Source: Candidatus Levyibacteriota bacterium (lineage in GTDB: Bacteria; Patescibacteriota; Microgenomatia; Levybacterales; UBA12049). Taken from it: 64,000 bases of DNA. This document shows positions 1 to 9,734 of this stretch, piece after piece. Position 1 is the first letter of the stretch, and each line of letters opens with the position of its first letter. The translations under genes were made by a program, and so were the position numbers. The stretch is from NCBI GenBank assembly GCA_027459745.1, contig DAIDHL010000003.1, positions 1,125 to 65,124 of the forward strand. The letters run 5' to 3'. The notes under the pieces are model-generated. The model was not told where the DNA came from, did no database searches, and worked only from the letters and a program-made list of their open reading frames with translations.

Positions 1-471
1 TTTACTGAATTAGCTCAATGTTCTTCTATAGATACCTATTTTGATAATATCGTACACAAGAAAAGTCCATTTAATCCAGGGACTGTTGCGAGTAGTGTGA
101 GAATTTTTAATATGAATGAAGATCCTAAATCTGACAATGTAGCATCTGATATGACAGTTGATTATAAACCAGAAATTGAAAAGGATTTATGGTTGTGGGA
201 TGTAAAAAAGAATGATAGGGGAACACTGGTTACTGTTGGCCTTGACTGGAATCTAGCAGTTATCACAGGTTCTGGAAAATCAGTTGAGGAAGCAGTAAGC
301 CGGATGTATAGAAATATTGACGGACTGAGTTTTGTTGGAGCTTATTATCGACCCAAGGATGATTATGTCTCACTTGATTATCAAACCTCTATTATAAACA
401 GGTTAAATTATGGGGTTGAAAGAGGACTTTATCAGCTTCCATTTACTGTTATAGTAGGAGAAATCAAATAA
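1..471 (+). CDS. Hypothetical protein, C-terminal fragment; the reading frame is open from position 1, so the gene starts upstream of the window
   Basis: Frame 1 is open from nt 1 to the stop at 471. No recognisable motif, so no family call. Confidence 0.4.
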   Translation, partial: FTELAQCSSIDTYFDNIVHKKSPFNPGTVASSVRIFNMNEDPKSDNVASDMTVDYKPEIEKDLWLWDVKKNDRGTLVTVGLDWNLAVITGSGKSVEEAVSRMYRNIDGLSFVGAYYRPKDDYVSLDYQTSIINRLNYGVERGLYQLPFTVIVGEIK

Positions 472-591
472 CCCCAAACCCTTTCTTTATTCATCTATCT
501 ATTTCTCATAGATTGTTAAAATACCTTTTACGTTTATCAATCTTCAGGTGATCTACATCACATAATATTTAATCTGATGATATTAGGATAA

Positions 592-2040
592 TTGTATATA
601 CATATGAATAATAAAATATCCACTTGGGGAGGAGTAGAATTGTTAAAACTTATCTGGCTGGAAAATATTCCCTCTTATGCCAATAAAATCTATTACTCAC
701 TAGGTTTTCTCTCAATGATCTGCATGGTTCTGTTAGTTATTTCAGGAATAATTTTAGTTTTTGAAGGAGCTAATTGGTGGCTAACTAATCCGCTTGGTAT
801 ATTTGTGCGAAGTGTTCATTTATGGTCAGTTCAGGCTTTTGTAGTTTTTGTCATTTTTCACGGTCTGATCGTACTAATTACTGGAGGATATCGAAACCCG
901 CGCAGATTTGTCTGGGTAATAGGATCTTTAATGTTTTTTTTAGCCTTAATTGAAGCAGAATTTGGTTATGTCCTACGTGATGACTTTTCTTCACAATGGA
1001 GAAGCCTTCAGGGAGCAGATTTGTATAACGGAAGTGGACTTGGGATATTTATTAACAATTTAAATTATGCCCAGATCTATGGAATTCACATAGTCATCAT
1101 CCCCTTACTTATTTTATTTCTTTTATCTTTGCATTACGCTTTAGTAAGACTAAGAGGTATTGCTATACCATACAAAAAATCTGTTGGATACAAAATTGTG
1201 AAAGCAAATCATTTGTTACTCTTTTCACGGGGTATCGCTTTAGTCTTATTAATCTTTTTGTTAGCAAAAATCTTCCCTTCACCTATGTTAGCACCGGTTA
1301 CTATTAAACAAATTGCGTTACAAGATCCAAAACTTATGGCTGCAACACTCCTAGATGAGCTGATCTCCAATTCAGGTACTGCGACATATCTTGATAATAT
1401 CGATCCGTATCAGTTTGATACTAAAAAAATATATGTTGAACAACCATATTTACTTTGGCTAGGTACTCAGACTGATAAACTTGATATGCTGTATTTTTTT
1501 AATACAGAAAATAATCAAACCCAGGCTTTAAATATAAAGCTGGCAGAAAAATATTTTTCCGCGAATAAACCACTTAATACCATACCCGATACTCTTAATC
1601 CAGTAATTCCCCTAATAAGTACACTTGTTTTAATGGGTCAAAGCGGATTGTATGAATCAGTTTTAAATAATACCTCACTTACTCCAAACAATCCAACCTA
1701 TACATTACGATTTTTATCTGACACTGGAGTATTAGAAGATAAAGCCACTAATCTTGATATTACAACACCCCAATATGGAATGCTTCGCGAGGAAAAGGGA
1801 GTTATCCCTCCAGGCGCCTGGTGGCTGGCCCCATTGGGTTTTATGGATAATACCTTTTTACAAACTGATAACAATCAGGATCAACATGGGGCATATATTC
1901 TAGGCACCTTGATGCTACTGTTTATGGCATTTCCATATATTCCTGTTTTAAACCAGCTGCCTGATAAATTGGGTCTGGCTAAATTTATATGGAAAGATAA
2001 AAATACAGATTCAAAAGAAGATAGAGCAGCTAAAACATAA
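592..2040 (+). CDS. Cytochrome b N-terminal-domain (di-heme) membrane protein with a ~280-aa non-cytochrome C-terminal extension
   Basis: The N-terminal ~190 aa align to cytochrome b helices A-D. Two His pairs, each spaced ~13-14 residues apart, are present (SVHLW...FHGL and GIHIV...SLHYA). The stretch FLALIEAEFGYVLRDDFSSQWRS resembles the cytochrome b segment MATAFMGYVLPWGQMSFWG. Confidence 0.55.
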   Translation: MYIHMNNKISTWGGVELLKLIWLENIPSYANKIYYSLGFLSMICMVLLVISGIILVFEGANWWLTNPLGIFVRSVHLWSVQAFVVFVIFHGLIVLITGGYRNPRRFVWVIGSLMFFLALIEAEFGYVLRDDFSSQWRSLQGADLYNGSGLGIFINNLNYAQIYGIHIVIIPLLILFLLSLHYALVRLRGIAIPYKKSVGYKIVKANHLLLFSRGIALVLLIFLLAKIFPSPMLAPVTIKQIALQDPKLMAATLLDELISNSGTATYLDNIDPYQFDTKKIYVEQPYLLWLGTQTDKLDMLYFFNTENNQTQALNIKLAEKYFSANKPLNTIPDTLNPVIPLISTLVLMGQSGLYESVLNNTSLTPNNPTYTLRFLSDTGVLEDKATNLDITTPQYGMLREEKGVIPPGAWWLAPLGFMDNTFLQTDNNQDQHGAYILGTLMLLFMAFPYIPVLNQLPDKLGLAKFIWKDKNTDSKEDRAAKT

Positions 2041-2046
2041 TAACTA

Positions 2047-2769
2047 TTAACGACTGAGGTGAATGTGAACAAAACTCTCAGCATATTCCACGTTTATTTC
2101 TTTACCGATACGTCGTGCTCTTTCTTCCATAGTAGACCTGAATCCTTTGACATCATCGATTTGACTTTTATGCTCCATCAAAGCTTTAATCTTTAGATCA
2201 AAAGTGTATGTAATGTCTACTACATGATTTGCTCTTTTGCTGTTAAAACTAGTCAAAAGAACGTCATGAACGACATGAGATTTCAAACCCTGCTCCCATA
2301 AATCAGGGAAAGTTCTCGCGTTGCGGGCAAATGGAAAAACACTATCGAGTGCAGCATGTCCGGCCGCACGATGGTCAGGATGATTTATAAAGCCGATTTC
2401 TTCGTTATACAAAACGTCTGGGTCAGTACTAATAACCACCGCAGGTTTTAAAGTACGAATATAACGCACTATCAAATGCCGCACTTCTGAAGAGTTAACC
2501 AGTTCACCGTCCGTGAACCCACCAAAGTAAACGTGTTGAACTCCTAGAACTTTAGCCGCATTTTTTTGCTCTTCTTCCCTCATTGTGACTAACTTCTCAT
2601 CACTAATCGATAAATCTTCAGATCCTTTACTACCATCAGTCAAAATTAAATAGTACACTTTTGCACCTTGTTGAACAAATGCAGCAATTGAGCCGGCACA
2701 ACCAAAATCGATATCATCTGCATGAGCTACAACAGCCAAAATTGTTCTGTCCTTAACTTCTAAGATCAT
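2047..2769 (-). CDS. PIG-L/LmbE family N-acetylglucosaminyl deacetylase
   Basis: AHADDIDFGCAG (an AHPDDE-like zinc motif) and His/Asp-rich core typical of LmbE-like deacetylases. Confidence 0.7.
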   Translation of the reverse strand: MILEVKDRTILAVVAHADDIDFGCAGSIAAFVQQGAKVYYLILTDGSKGSEDLSISDEKLVTMREEEQKNAAKVLGVQHVYFGGFTDGELVNSSEVRHLIVRYIRTLKPAVVISTDPDVLYNEEIGFINHPDHRAAGHAALDSVFPFARNARTFPDLWEQGLKSHVVHDVLLTSFNSKRANHVVDITYTFDLKIKALMEHKSQIDDVKGFRSTMEERARRIGKEINVEYAESFVHIHLSR

Positions 2770-2876
2770 CCTCTAAATATAGCAAACAAGCTTAAGAATT
2801 TTGTAAGAATTACCTCGTTGAGTGTGATTTAGCTCACTGTTGTAGTCCGATTAATATGTTAGAGTGATTTCAGAGT

Positions 2877-2924
2877 GCGCTCCCCTTCAATCGCCCTCTT
2901 TCCAATTGACTTCCAGGGGAGCGC
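2877..2924. other. GC-rich stem-loop (10-bp perfect stem GCGCTCCCCT/AGGGGAGCGC, 28-nt loop) in a divergent intergenic region
   Basis: Perfect inverted repeat read directly from the sequence; it is an isolated GC island in AT-rich DNA between the PIG-L and Fic genes. Confidence 0.4.
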
Positions 2925-3106
2925 GCCTATTTCAATTTCTCCGCTTTCTAATTTTTTTTCTCTTGTATATACTTAATTTAGTAACAATATTATTATATAT
3001 TTACCAATGTATTGACTATTATCTTTACATTTATTCCATTTATCTTGTTTACAATTGTATTTACATATAACTTGACAAATAGCACTATCTTAACTATAAT
3101 CTAAAT

Positions 3107-4159
3107 ATGTTCCAGCCTAAATTCAGCCTGACTTTTCCAATGCTTAATACCCTAAGCACCATTGAGCGGTTATATGGACATTTACTAGGAGAAAAGCTCA
3201 TACCCTCACTGGCGCTAAGGTTAAACCAGGAAAATCAGGTTTTAGCTACCCATTACTCCACCAGTATTGAGGGTAATCCGCTTTCCCCTCAGGACGTGAC
3301 AAATGTAGTACTGGGGGATAAGATACCAACCACTAAATCAGAAAAAGAAGTTAAAAACTATTTTCATACCCTTAATCATTTATTCGTATTAGCCAAAGAA
3401 GATCCTCATATCACAACTGATTTAACTTTAACCATACATAAACAACTTATGGAAGGATTGCTTGATCATGGAGTGGGGGAGTTTCGTGATGGATCGGTTT
3501 TTGTAGGACATAAAGACGGAGTCGAATACGTTGTGAAACATAATCCCCCTTTTCATACAAGCAAGGAAATTAGTCACGCGTTAGAAGAAATTTATGAGTG
3601 GGCTAATAAGAAAGACGAGCTACATCCTCTACTCAAAGCTGGTATTTTGCATCATCAATTTGCCTATATCCATCCTTTTTTTGATGGTAACGGACGTAGT
3701 GCCCGCTTATTAACAACCTTTTATCTTCTTATACAACACTATGAGGTAGTTAAATACTTTATTCTGGATGATTATTATGATATTGACCGTCATCTGTATT
3801 CGGACACTTTACATACGGCAGATAAGGGGGATGAGACAAAGTGGTTGGAATATTTCTTAGAGGGAATTGCTAACTCATTGCAAGGCGCAATATCACGTAT
3901 TGATGAATTGAATAAAGTCAACTTGGAAGAAATAACCGGGGAGAAAAGAGTTTTAGTTTCTCAACGTGAGGAAGAGGCTCTACAAATAGTGATTGATAAA
4001 AAAGCAGTTAAATCCTCAGACCTAGAACAAGCTTTTGATGTTACCCGTCAACAAGCTCACGCATTACTTTCTTCGTTGGTTAAAAAAGGGTTGTTAACCA
4101 AATACGGAAAAACTAAAACAAGTTATTACCGATTACAAGGCAGTCCTGAGGTGAAATAA
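3107..4159 (+). CDS. Fic family protein (class II, auto-inhibited) with C-terminal wHTH-like region
   Basis: Fic motif HPFFDGNGRSARLL. The N-terminal inhibitory motif STSIEGN matches (S/T)xxIE(G/N). Confidence 0.8.
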   Translation: MFQPKFSLTFPMLNTLSTIERLYGHLLGEKLIPSLALRLNQENQVLATHYSTSIEGNPLSPQDVTNVVLGDKIPTTKSEKEVKNYFHTLNHLFVLAKEDPHITTDLTLTIHKQLMEGLLDHGVGEFRDGSVFVGHKDGVEYVVKHNPPFHTSKEISHALEEIYEWANKKDELHPLLKAGILHHQFAYIHPFFDGNGRSARLLTTFYLLIQHYEVVKYFILDDYYDIDRHLYSDTLHTADKGDETKWLEYFLEGIANSLQGAISRIDELNKVNLEEITGEKRVLVSQREEEALQIVIDKKAVKSSDLEQAFDVTRQQAHALLSSLVKKGLLTKYGKTKTSYYRLQGSPEVK

Positions 4160-4163
4160 TTTA

Positions 4164-5714
4164 TTACATTTCAATTGGCTCATTATGACGAGCATGAATA
4201 TCAGCTGCATGCTGTCTATAATCAGCTACAAATAATGCAGAAATTCCACCCGCAAAGGTAATGATAGATGCCCAGAAAAACACTACAGTATAGGCCGATA
4301 CGTTAGCTTGCACTTCCATTAAACTCGCTACAGTTTGTAAGGTGGTTGGAACTGTTGTATTGATCTGGGAGAAATGCATAATATTATACATCTGTGAATA
4401 GACGCTATTTGTCAAAATAGTCGCAAAGATTGCTGTACCAAAAGCTGCAGAAATATTACGTGCTAGGGCTAAAACTGAAGATGCGACACCAACTTCTTCA
4501 ATGGGAACAGTACTAGTAGCGGCTTGGGTCAAAGTAGGCAAGCCGGCACCTAAACCTGCTGCTAATAAAAATAAAAGTCCTGCTATATGCCAGAAACTCC
4601 AACGGATATCCAAGCCAGTAAATTGATACATCACAAATGCAGCCCAAAACATACCAACAGCAGTTAAGTATTTACCAGGCATTACCTGTGATAATCTTGC
4701 ACCCATTTGGGCTGAGATCATCATACCAAAAGCCATTGGTATAAAAACATAACCCGATTTGGTCACTGAATATCCTAAATAAGTCTGAACGAAAAGTGGA
4801 ATAAGAAAAATTCCACCAATCATACCCATGAATGAAATAAAAGAGGTGATAATAGCAGCGGTAAATGAGGGAATTTTAAAAAACTTTAGATCAACCACGG
4901 GTTCTTTTTGTCTTCTTTCATACCAGATAAATAAGTACCCAGATACTGCAGTAACAATGTAGCTCAAAACGCTGGCTTCGCTGCCCCAACCCCAGGTCTG
5001 GCCCTGATCCAGCACCAAAACCATAGTACCCAAACAAATACCTAATAATATAGACCCCTCATAGTCAAAATGATGTAGACCTTTAAATTCCTTGACAGTT
5101 TCTTTTATAAAGCGCATCGCCATAAAAGTACCCAGGGCGCCTAAGGGGACATTGACATAAAAAACAGACCGCCAGCCAAAAGTATCGATCAAAGGACCAC
5201 CTAATAATGGACCAAAAATAATAGCGGCAGCAAAAATGGCAGACCACATGCCCATGGCCATAGCGCGTTGCTTGGGTTGGGGGAAATTATACGCAATGAT
5301 TGATAGTGCAATAGGGTAGTCGATTGAAACTGTTATTGCCTGTAAAACGCGGAAGAAAATAATGGCAGGAAAATTCCAAGCCAGACCAGCAAGCATAGAA
5401 GTCAAAGTAAAACCGATAATACCTGCAAGATATAGTTTTTTACGCCCAATCATGTCACCCAGCTTACCAAATACTGGTACAAAAACTGCGTTAGCGATTA
5501 TATATGCTGTGGAAATCCAGCTAGCTTGTGAAATAGTGATACCAAAATCAGAGATAATTTTGGGCAACGCTAAATTCACAATACTACCATCCAGGCGACC
5601 CAAAAAACTAGAGATCATGACCGTTGCCAAAATCATCCATTGAAGAGAAGTAAAACCTTGTTTGGCTTCTTCTTTGACGGGAACTTGAGTTGTAGGTATT
5701 TTTTTCTTAGCCAT
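4164..5714 (-). CDS. MFS transporter, DHA2 (EmrB/QacA-like, 14 TMS) drug efflux
   Basis: ~14 hydrophobic segments, N-terminal MFS signature around GKLGDMIGRKK, 516 aa. Confidence 0.8.
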   Translation of the reverse strand: MAKKKIPTTQVPVKEEAKQGFTSLQWMILATVMISSFLGRLDGSIVNLALPKIISDFGITISQASWISTAYIIANAVFVPVFGKLGDMIGRKKLYLAGIIGFTLTSMLAGLAWNFPAIIFFRVLQAITVSIDYPIALSIIAYNFPQPKQRAMAMGMWSAIFAAAIIFGPLLGGPLIDTFGWRSVFYVNVPLGALGTFMAMRFIKETVKEFKGLHHFDYEGSILLGICLGTMVLVLDQGQTWGWGSEASVLSYIVTAVSGYLFIWYERRQKEPVVDLKFFKIPSFTAAIITSFISFMGMIGGIFLIPLFVQTYLGYSVTKSGYVFIPMAFGMMISAQMGARLSQVMPGKYLTAVGMFWAAFVMYQFTGLDIRWSFWHIAGLLFLLAAGLGAGLPTLTQAATSTVPIEEVGVASSVLALARNISAAFGTAIFATILTNSVYSQMYNIMHFSQINTTVPTTLQTVASLMEVQANVSAYTVVFFWASIITFAGGISALFVADYRQHAADIHARHNEPIEM

Positions 5715-5797
5715 AGGGAATTTAAGATAAAAGGGGAAGGACTAAAGTTTAAGGGATATTCTTCCTTAAACCCATCTACTTACACCTTATACCTGTC

Positions 5798-6436
5798 TTA
5801 ATGTGTATTTGTAAAGACAGTCAGCTTGGCCGACATTCCATTCTTGATGGCCGTATATGCGGCAGCGTTGAAGCGAGCGTAAACAACAAACTGTTGTGTA
5901 GGACGCTCTGTTGAGATAGAGAACGCTAGCTGAGTTTGTTTAGCTGTTGGAGAAACTTCATCAACATAACCCCAGAAAGTTTTCCCTGGCAACGCATCCA
6001 CTGTGAAAGAAACAACCTGCCCGACTCGAACATCGCTTAATCCTTTATTTTCATCAATAGTACCAGCAACTCTTAGTTCAGAGGGTTGTATCATCTCAAT
6101 AACTGGGTCGGCAGCTGATACGGTACTACCAATCTGGGTATTTGCCATGACTATCTCACCATCAGTCTGAGCTGTTAGAGTCTGAGTTGAAGTAACTGCA
6201 AGTTGATCGCCTTTCTTAACATATTCACCTTCATACACATCAGTCTCTAGTAATTGGGATGGTTGATCAGGGGCAATACTAATTATTGGAGCCTGTATTA
6301 ATGAATTGTCTATAAAGACACGATTGCCAAGAAGTTCATATGCTAACCAACCTCCGACGACAAGAATGACAGCCAGGATAATAAATAGTATTCTTCTGAC
6401 TTTTTTATCTTTTAATTTAGAAAATAGTTTATTCAT
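5798..6436 (-). CDS. HlyD-family membrane fusion protein (short form, no long coiled-coil hairpin)
   Basis: N-terminal TM followed by lipoyl and beta-barrel type segments. It sits directly upstream of the MFS pump in the same operon. Confidence 0.5.
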   Translation of the reverse strand: MNKLFSKLKDKKVRRILFIILAVILVVGGWLAYELLGNRVFIDNSLIQAPIISIAPDQPSQLLETDVYEGEYVKKGDQLAVTSTQTLTAQTDGEIVMANTQIGSTVSAADPVIEMIQPSELRVAGTIDENKGLSDVRVGQVVSFTVDALPGKTFWGYVDEVSPTAKQTQLAFSISTERPTQQFVVYARFNAAAYTAIKNGMSAKLTVFTNTH

Positions 6437-6459
6437 AATATTTCTCCTGAATTTTAGTC

Positions 6460-7572
6460 TTATAATAATTGATATTTTTTACTGGCAATCTGCGCAGGGT
6501 TAATAATCAATTGATCATTACTGTTTAAGCCGTGCAGAATTTCTGTCATAGACCCATGTTGTTTACCAATTACAACTTTTTTTAATACTGTCTGACCACT
6601 TTCTTCTACCCAGACATATTGATTACCCAAGATTGTCCAAGTTGGAACTAACATAACATCACTACTTTCAGAACTAGTAATAGTCGCTACTCCTGTTTGA
6701 TCCATTTTGGCAAGGTTAGGCAAATTATTAACAGTGATATCTACTTGATAAACCGCTTGGCCATTAGACAATGTTTGCTTGTTGGGATAAATTTTGCTCA
6801 CAATTCCTGAAAGAGGGTATGACAAACCTGTAATTTGAATTGAAGCTGGAGATCCAACTGCCACAAAATCAATATCAGTCTCGTTTACATTTGCTCGAAA
6901 TATCAAGGAAGATAAATCTGCGACGGTAAAACCAGTAGCTGGAGTGACATTTTGACCAGCAACATTGACATCTTCATGTGTTATCACACCTGATATGGGT
7001 GTAGTCAGCGTTGACATTTGAAGGGCATAGTTAGCCAGCTGAACTTGGATTACAGAATTGTTAAGATTACTCTGATTTTCATCAACAATTCTTTTAGCTA
7101 CGTCATTTAGATAATTGGTGGCTGAGTTATCCGTATTATATGTGGCTATACCACCACCATAAAAATTATCCTGTCCGGCTGTAGTTCTTTGCGTGACACC
7201 TTTATCAGCATTTTGTTGTGCTTGATCAAATTGATCACGAGTACTTTTATAGTTATTCAAAGCTTGTTGTAGTTGCTGCTGTAATTGATAGGTGTCAAGT
7301 TGGGCAATAGTCTGCCCGGCTGAGACTTTATCTCCTTGCTGGAAGGGAACAGAGACTAATTTACCACCTGTTTGAAAATGCAGAGTAGCTTGGGTTTGTG
7401 CTGTTACTGCACCATTAGCTACTATTTGGGAAGAAACGTTTTTAATAGCCACACTATCAATCTTAGGAGTAGTCATGGCTGCTGTTTGTTGTACCAACGC
7501 CAGCGCTCCTGCTCCACAAAGGATACCAAATACTGCAATTATAATGAGTAATATTGTTTTTTTATTTTTCAT
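6460..7572 (-). CDS. HlyD/EmrA-like periplasmic adaptor (membrane fusion protein) with coiled-coil
   Basis: N-terminal TM, Q-rich coiled coil (QLQQQLQQALNNYKSTRDQFDQAQ) and a C-terminal barrel. Operon context with MarR and the MFS pump. Confidence 0.65.
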   Translation of the reverse strand: MKNKKTILLIIIAVFGILCGAGALALVQQTAAMTTPKIDSVAIKNVSSQIVANGAVTAQTQATLHFQTGGKLVSVPFQQGDKVSAGQTIAQLDTYQLQQQLQQALNNYKSTRDQFDQAQQNADKGVTQRTTAGQDNFYGGGIATYNTDNSATNYLNDVAKRIVDENQSNLNNSVIQVQLANYALQMSTLTTPISGVITHEDVNVAGQNVTPATGFTVADLSSLIFRANVNETDIDFVAVGSPASIQITGLSYPLSGIVSKIYPNKQTLSNGQAVYQVDITVNNLPNLAKMDQTGVATITSSESSDVMLVPTWTILGNQYVWVEESGQTVLKKVVIGKQHGSMTEILHGLNSNDQLIINPAQIASKKYQLL

Positions 7573-7996
7573 ACTCTTTTTCCAATTTAGCCACTAATGT
7601 TTCCATTATGGTGGTAAAATCTTTTCTTTGTTTATCTGATAATAAGCTTAGCATTTCTGACATTTTTTTGCGACGTTTTTCTATCGCTTCCACAACCAAA
7701 TGTTCACCGTCTTTAGTTAATGTTATATATACTAAACGACGATCCTTTTTATCATTTTGACGCTTAACTAGTTTTGATGCAACTAGTTTATCAATCATAC
7801 TGGTAGCTGTGGGAGTTTCAATTTGTAGATAGTCCGCCAAATTCTTCATATGTGTCTCTTTATTCTGAGATAAGTAAAAAAGTACATGCATTTGATGCAT
7901 AGTCAAATCACAAGAGAGCTTTTCATAGCTCAAACGATGCTTCATCAAGCGGAAAAGTCTAAAAAATAGTTCATCTACTGTATTATTAGTATTCAT
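7562..7996 (-). CDS. MarR family transcriptional regulator
   Basis: 144 aa with a winged-HTH core (LTMHQMHVLFYLSQNKETHMKNLADYLQIETPTATSMIDKLVASKLVKRQNDKKDRR). It is the first gene of the efflux operon. Confidence 0.8.
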   Translation of the reverse strand: MNTNNTVDELFFRLFRLMKHRLSYEKLSCDLTMHQMHVLFYLSQNKETHMKNLADYLQIETPTATSMIDKLVASKLVKRQNDKKDRRLVYITLTKDGEHLVVEAIEKRRKKMSEMLSLLSDKQRKDFTTIMETLVAKLEKEYEK

Positions 7997-8014
7997 AATA
8001 GTTAGATTATCTAA

Positions 8015-8038
8015 TGATTAGATTATATAATCTAATCA
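8015..8038. promoter_or_regulatory. 24-bp perfect palindrome TGATTAGATTATATAATCTAATCA overlapping a second 15-bp palindrome (8009..8023); candidate MarR operator
   Basis: The palindrome was checked base by base. It lies immediately upstream of the marR start (7996) in the divergent region with the metalloprotease gene. TTAGATTAT direct repeats at 8002 and 8018. Confidence 0.5.
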
Positions 8039-8141
8039 GTGGTCTGTCAAGTGCTAGACCTAATTAATTTTCATTACCTAAGTTCCCAATTCTGTATTCG
8101 CTCTTCTTGCCTGGTGTTCAAAATTCAGATAGAATTAGCCT

Positions 8142-9068
8142 ATGAAGTGGCTAATTTCTCTCATAATAATTGTAGTTGTTGTAGTAGCCTTATTAATACC
8201 GGGGAGTAGAGATTACTTAAATAATCTAACCTCAGTTTCTCCCTGTGATTCGCCACTAACATATAAAATAGGCAGTATTGACTCACGTTTCGGCCTTTCC
8301 AATACAGAAGTAAGTAACGACATCGATGAGGCGACATCTTTATGGTCCAATGCCGAAGGTAAAAATCTCTTTGAAGAAAGCCCCAAATCTCAAATGACGG
8401 TTAACTTTATCTACGATCAAAGACAACAACTCGATACCCAAATTCAAAATTTACAGTCACAACTTAACAGTAAAAATCAGAACCTTCAACAACAAATAAG
8501 TGCCTATTATCAGCAATCTGCCCAACTAAAACAGCAAATTGCCCAACTCAATGCACAAATCCAATCTTGGAATGATAAAGGAGGCGCTCCAGCAAGTGTT
8601 TATGATCAACTGATCCAGCAACAGAAAAATTTGCAAAATGAGGCTAATCAACTTAATCAAACAGCCAAGCAGCTTAATCTTTCTACCAATGATTACAATT
8701 CCCAAGTTCATAATCTTAATCAGGATGTAAATCAATTTAATGCAACTTTGAGTATAAAACCAGAAGAGGGACTTTACGATCCAAATAACGATACTATTAC
8801 TATCTACTTTGCTTCCAATCACGATGAGCTTATACATACTTTAACTCACGAATTTGGACATTATCTTGGTATGGGTCATGTCCAGGATCCCAATGCCATT
8901 ATGTATGCTTACTCAACATCAAATCTTAAAATTACACAGGATGACATAAATGAATTACACTATGTTTGTAGAAAGCAGGATGTATTTGTTCTGTGGCTTT
9001 ATGATTTTAGAGTATATTTACATCAAACTATTCAAAATCTGCAAAATCAAACTTCCACTACCAATTAA
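8142..9068 (+). CDS. Membrane-anchored zinc metalloprotease (metzincin/matrixin-like) with Q-rich coiled coil
   Basis: HEFGHYLGMGH matches HExxHxxGxxH. N-terminal TM and a Q/N-rich coiled-coil linker. Confidence 0.7.
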   Translation: MKWLISLIIIVVVVVALLIPGSRDYLNNLTSVSPCDSPLTYKIGSIDSRFGLSNTEVSNDIDEATSLWSNAEGKNLFEESPKSQMTVNFIYDQRQQLDTQIQNLQSQLNSKNQNLQQQISAYYQQSAQLKQQIAQLNAQIQSWNDKGGAPASVYDQLIQQQKNLQNEANQLNQTAKQLNLSTNDYNSQVHNLNQDVNQFNATLSIKPEEGLYDPNNDTITIYFASNHDELIHTLTHEFGHYLGMGHVQDPNAIMYAYSTSNLKITQDDINELHYVCRKQDVFVLWLYDFRVYLHQTIQNLQNQTSTTN

Positions 9069-9203
9069 GAATTAATTTTATATTAAAATGATGAATTTAG
9101 TTCTAAATAATTCTTCTCATCTAGGTCTTTTAGTTTTTACTCAAATTAATAAGTGAATTGGCCGCCTGTGCATCAGTATACAGATGTCAGTACGGCCAAA
9201 CTC

Positions 9204-9734
9204 CTAATTCCACAACCATCTTGTATGACTTTTATCACCGCTGGAACAGAATATGCCATGATATGGTTTACCACCTTTGGTGGTACCTTTCTTTTCTGAT
9301 GCTTGAGCACCACAGACTTCACATGTCACTCTTTCTACTTCTGGTGTGATGTCAATTTTAGGAGAATTTGCACGGAACATCTCGTCCGCTGAAGCTATTC
9401 CTTCAATGACCCCATATCCAGCAAATCCCAAAGCTCGACCAACTGCAGAGGTCTCTGCTACCTCATAAGGATTCTCTTTTTCAATTACTCGCGAAGAATC
9501 AAGATTTACTGAACTGATGCCAGTAAAAACTTTACCTCTTATCGTAACTTTGGCTTTAATGACCACTGGATTGTGCGAGAGAACTTCGGTTTCTACACTT
9601 TCCAAAGCTTTTTCCTCATGACCTAATTCAATTCTTTTGGCCACTGTCATATAATCTTTCCCATGTATTTGTACAATTCCACTGTTATTCATACTCTTCA
9701 CCTCCTCTCTGTCCCAAACTATCTCTCTTACCAT
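9204..9734 (-). CDS. Hypothetical protein with C-terminal zinc-ribbon-like Cys cluster
   Basis: Strong SD (GGAGGTGA) upstream. C-terminal CEVCG...CSSGDKSH cluster. No family recognised. Confidence 0.4.
   Translation of the reverse strand: MVREIVWDREEVKSMNNSGIVQIHGKDYMTVAKRIELGHEEKALESVETEVLSHNPVVIKAKVTIRGKVFTGISSVNLDSSRVIEKENPYEVAETSAVGRALGFAGYGVIEGIASADEMFRANSPKIDITPEVERVTCEVCGAQASEKKGTTKGGKPYHGIFCSSGDKSHTRWLWN

Noticed and set aside
2864-3070. 68-aa ORF with a low-complexity LYIYS-rich translation
   Set aside because: It lies in the AT-rich divergent promoter region, has an implausible composition, and overlaps the hairpin. It is most likely non-coding.
5362-5643. 93-aa plus-strand ORF inside the MFS pump gene
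   Set aside because: It is antisense to a well-supported 14-TMS transporter CDS.
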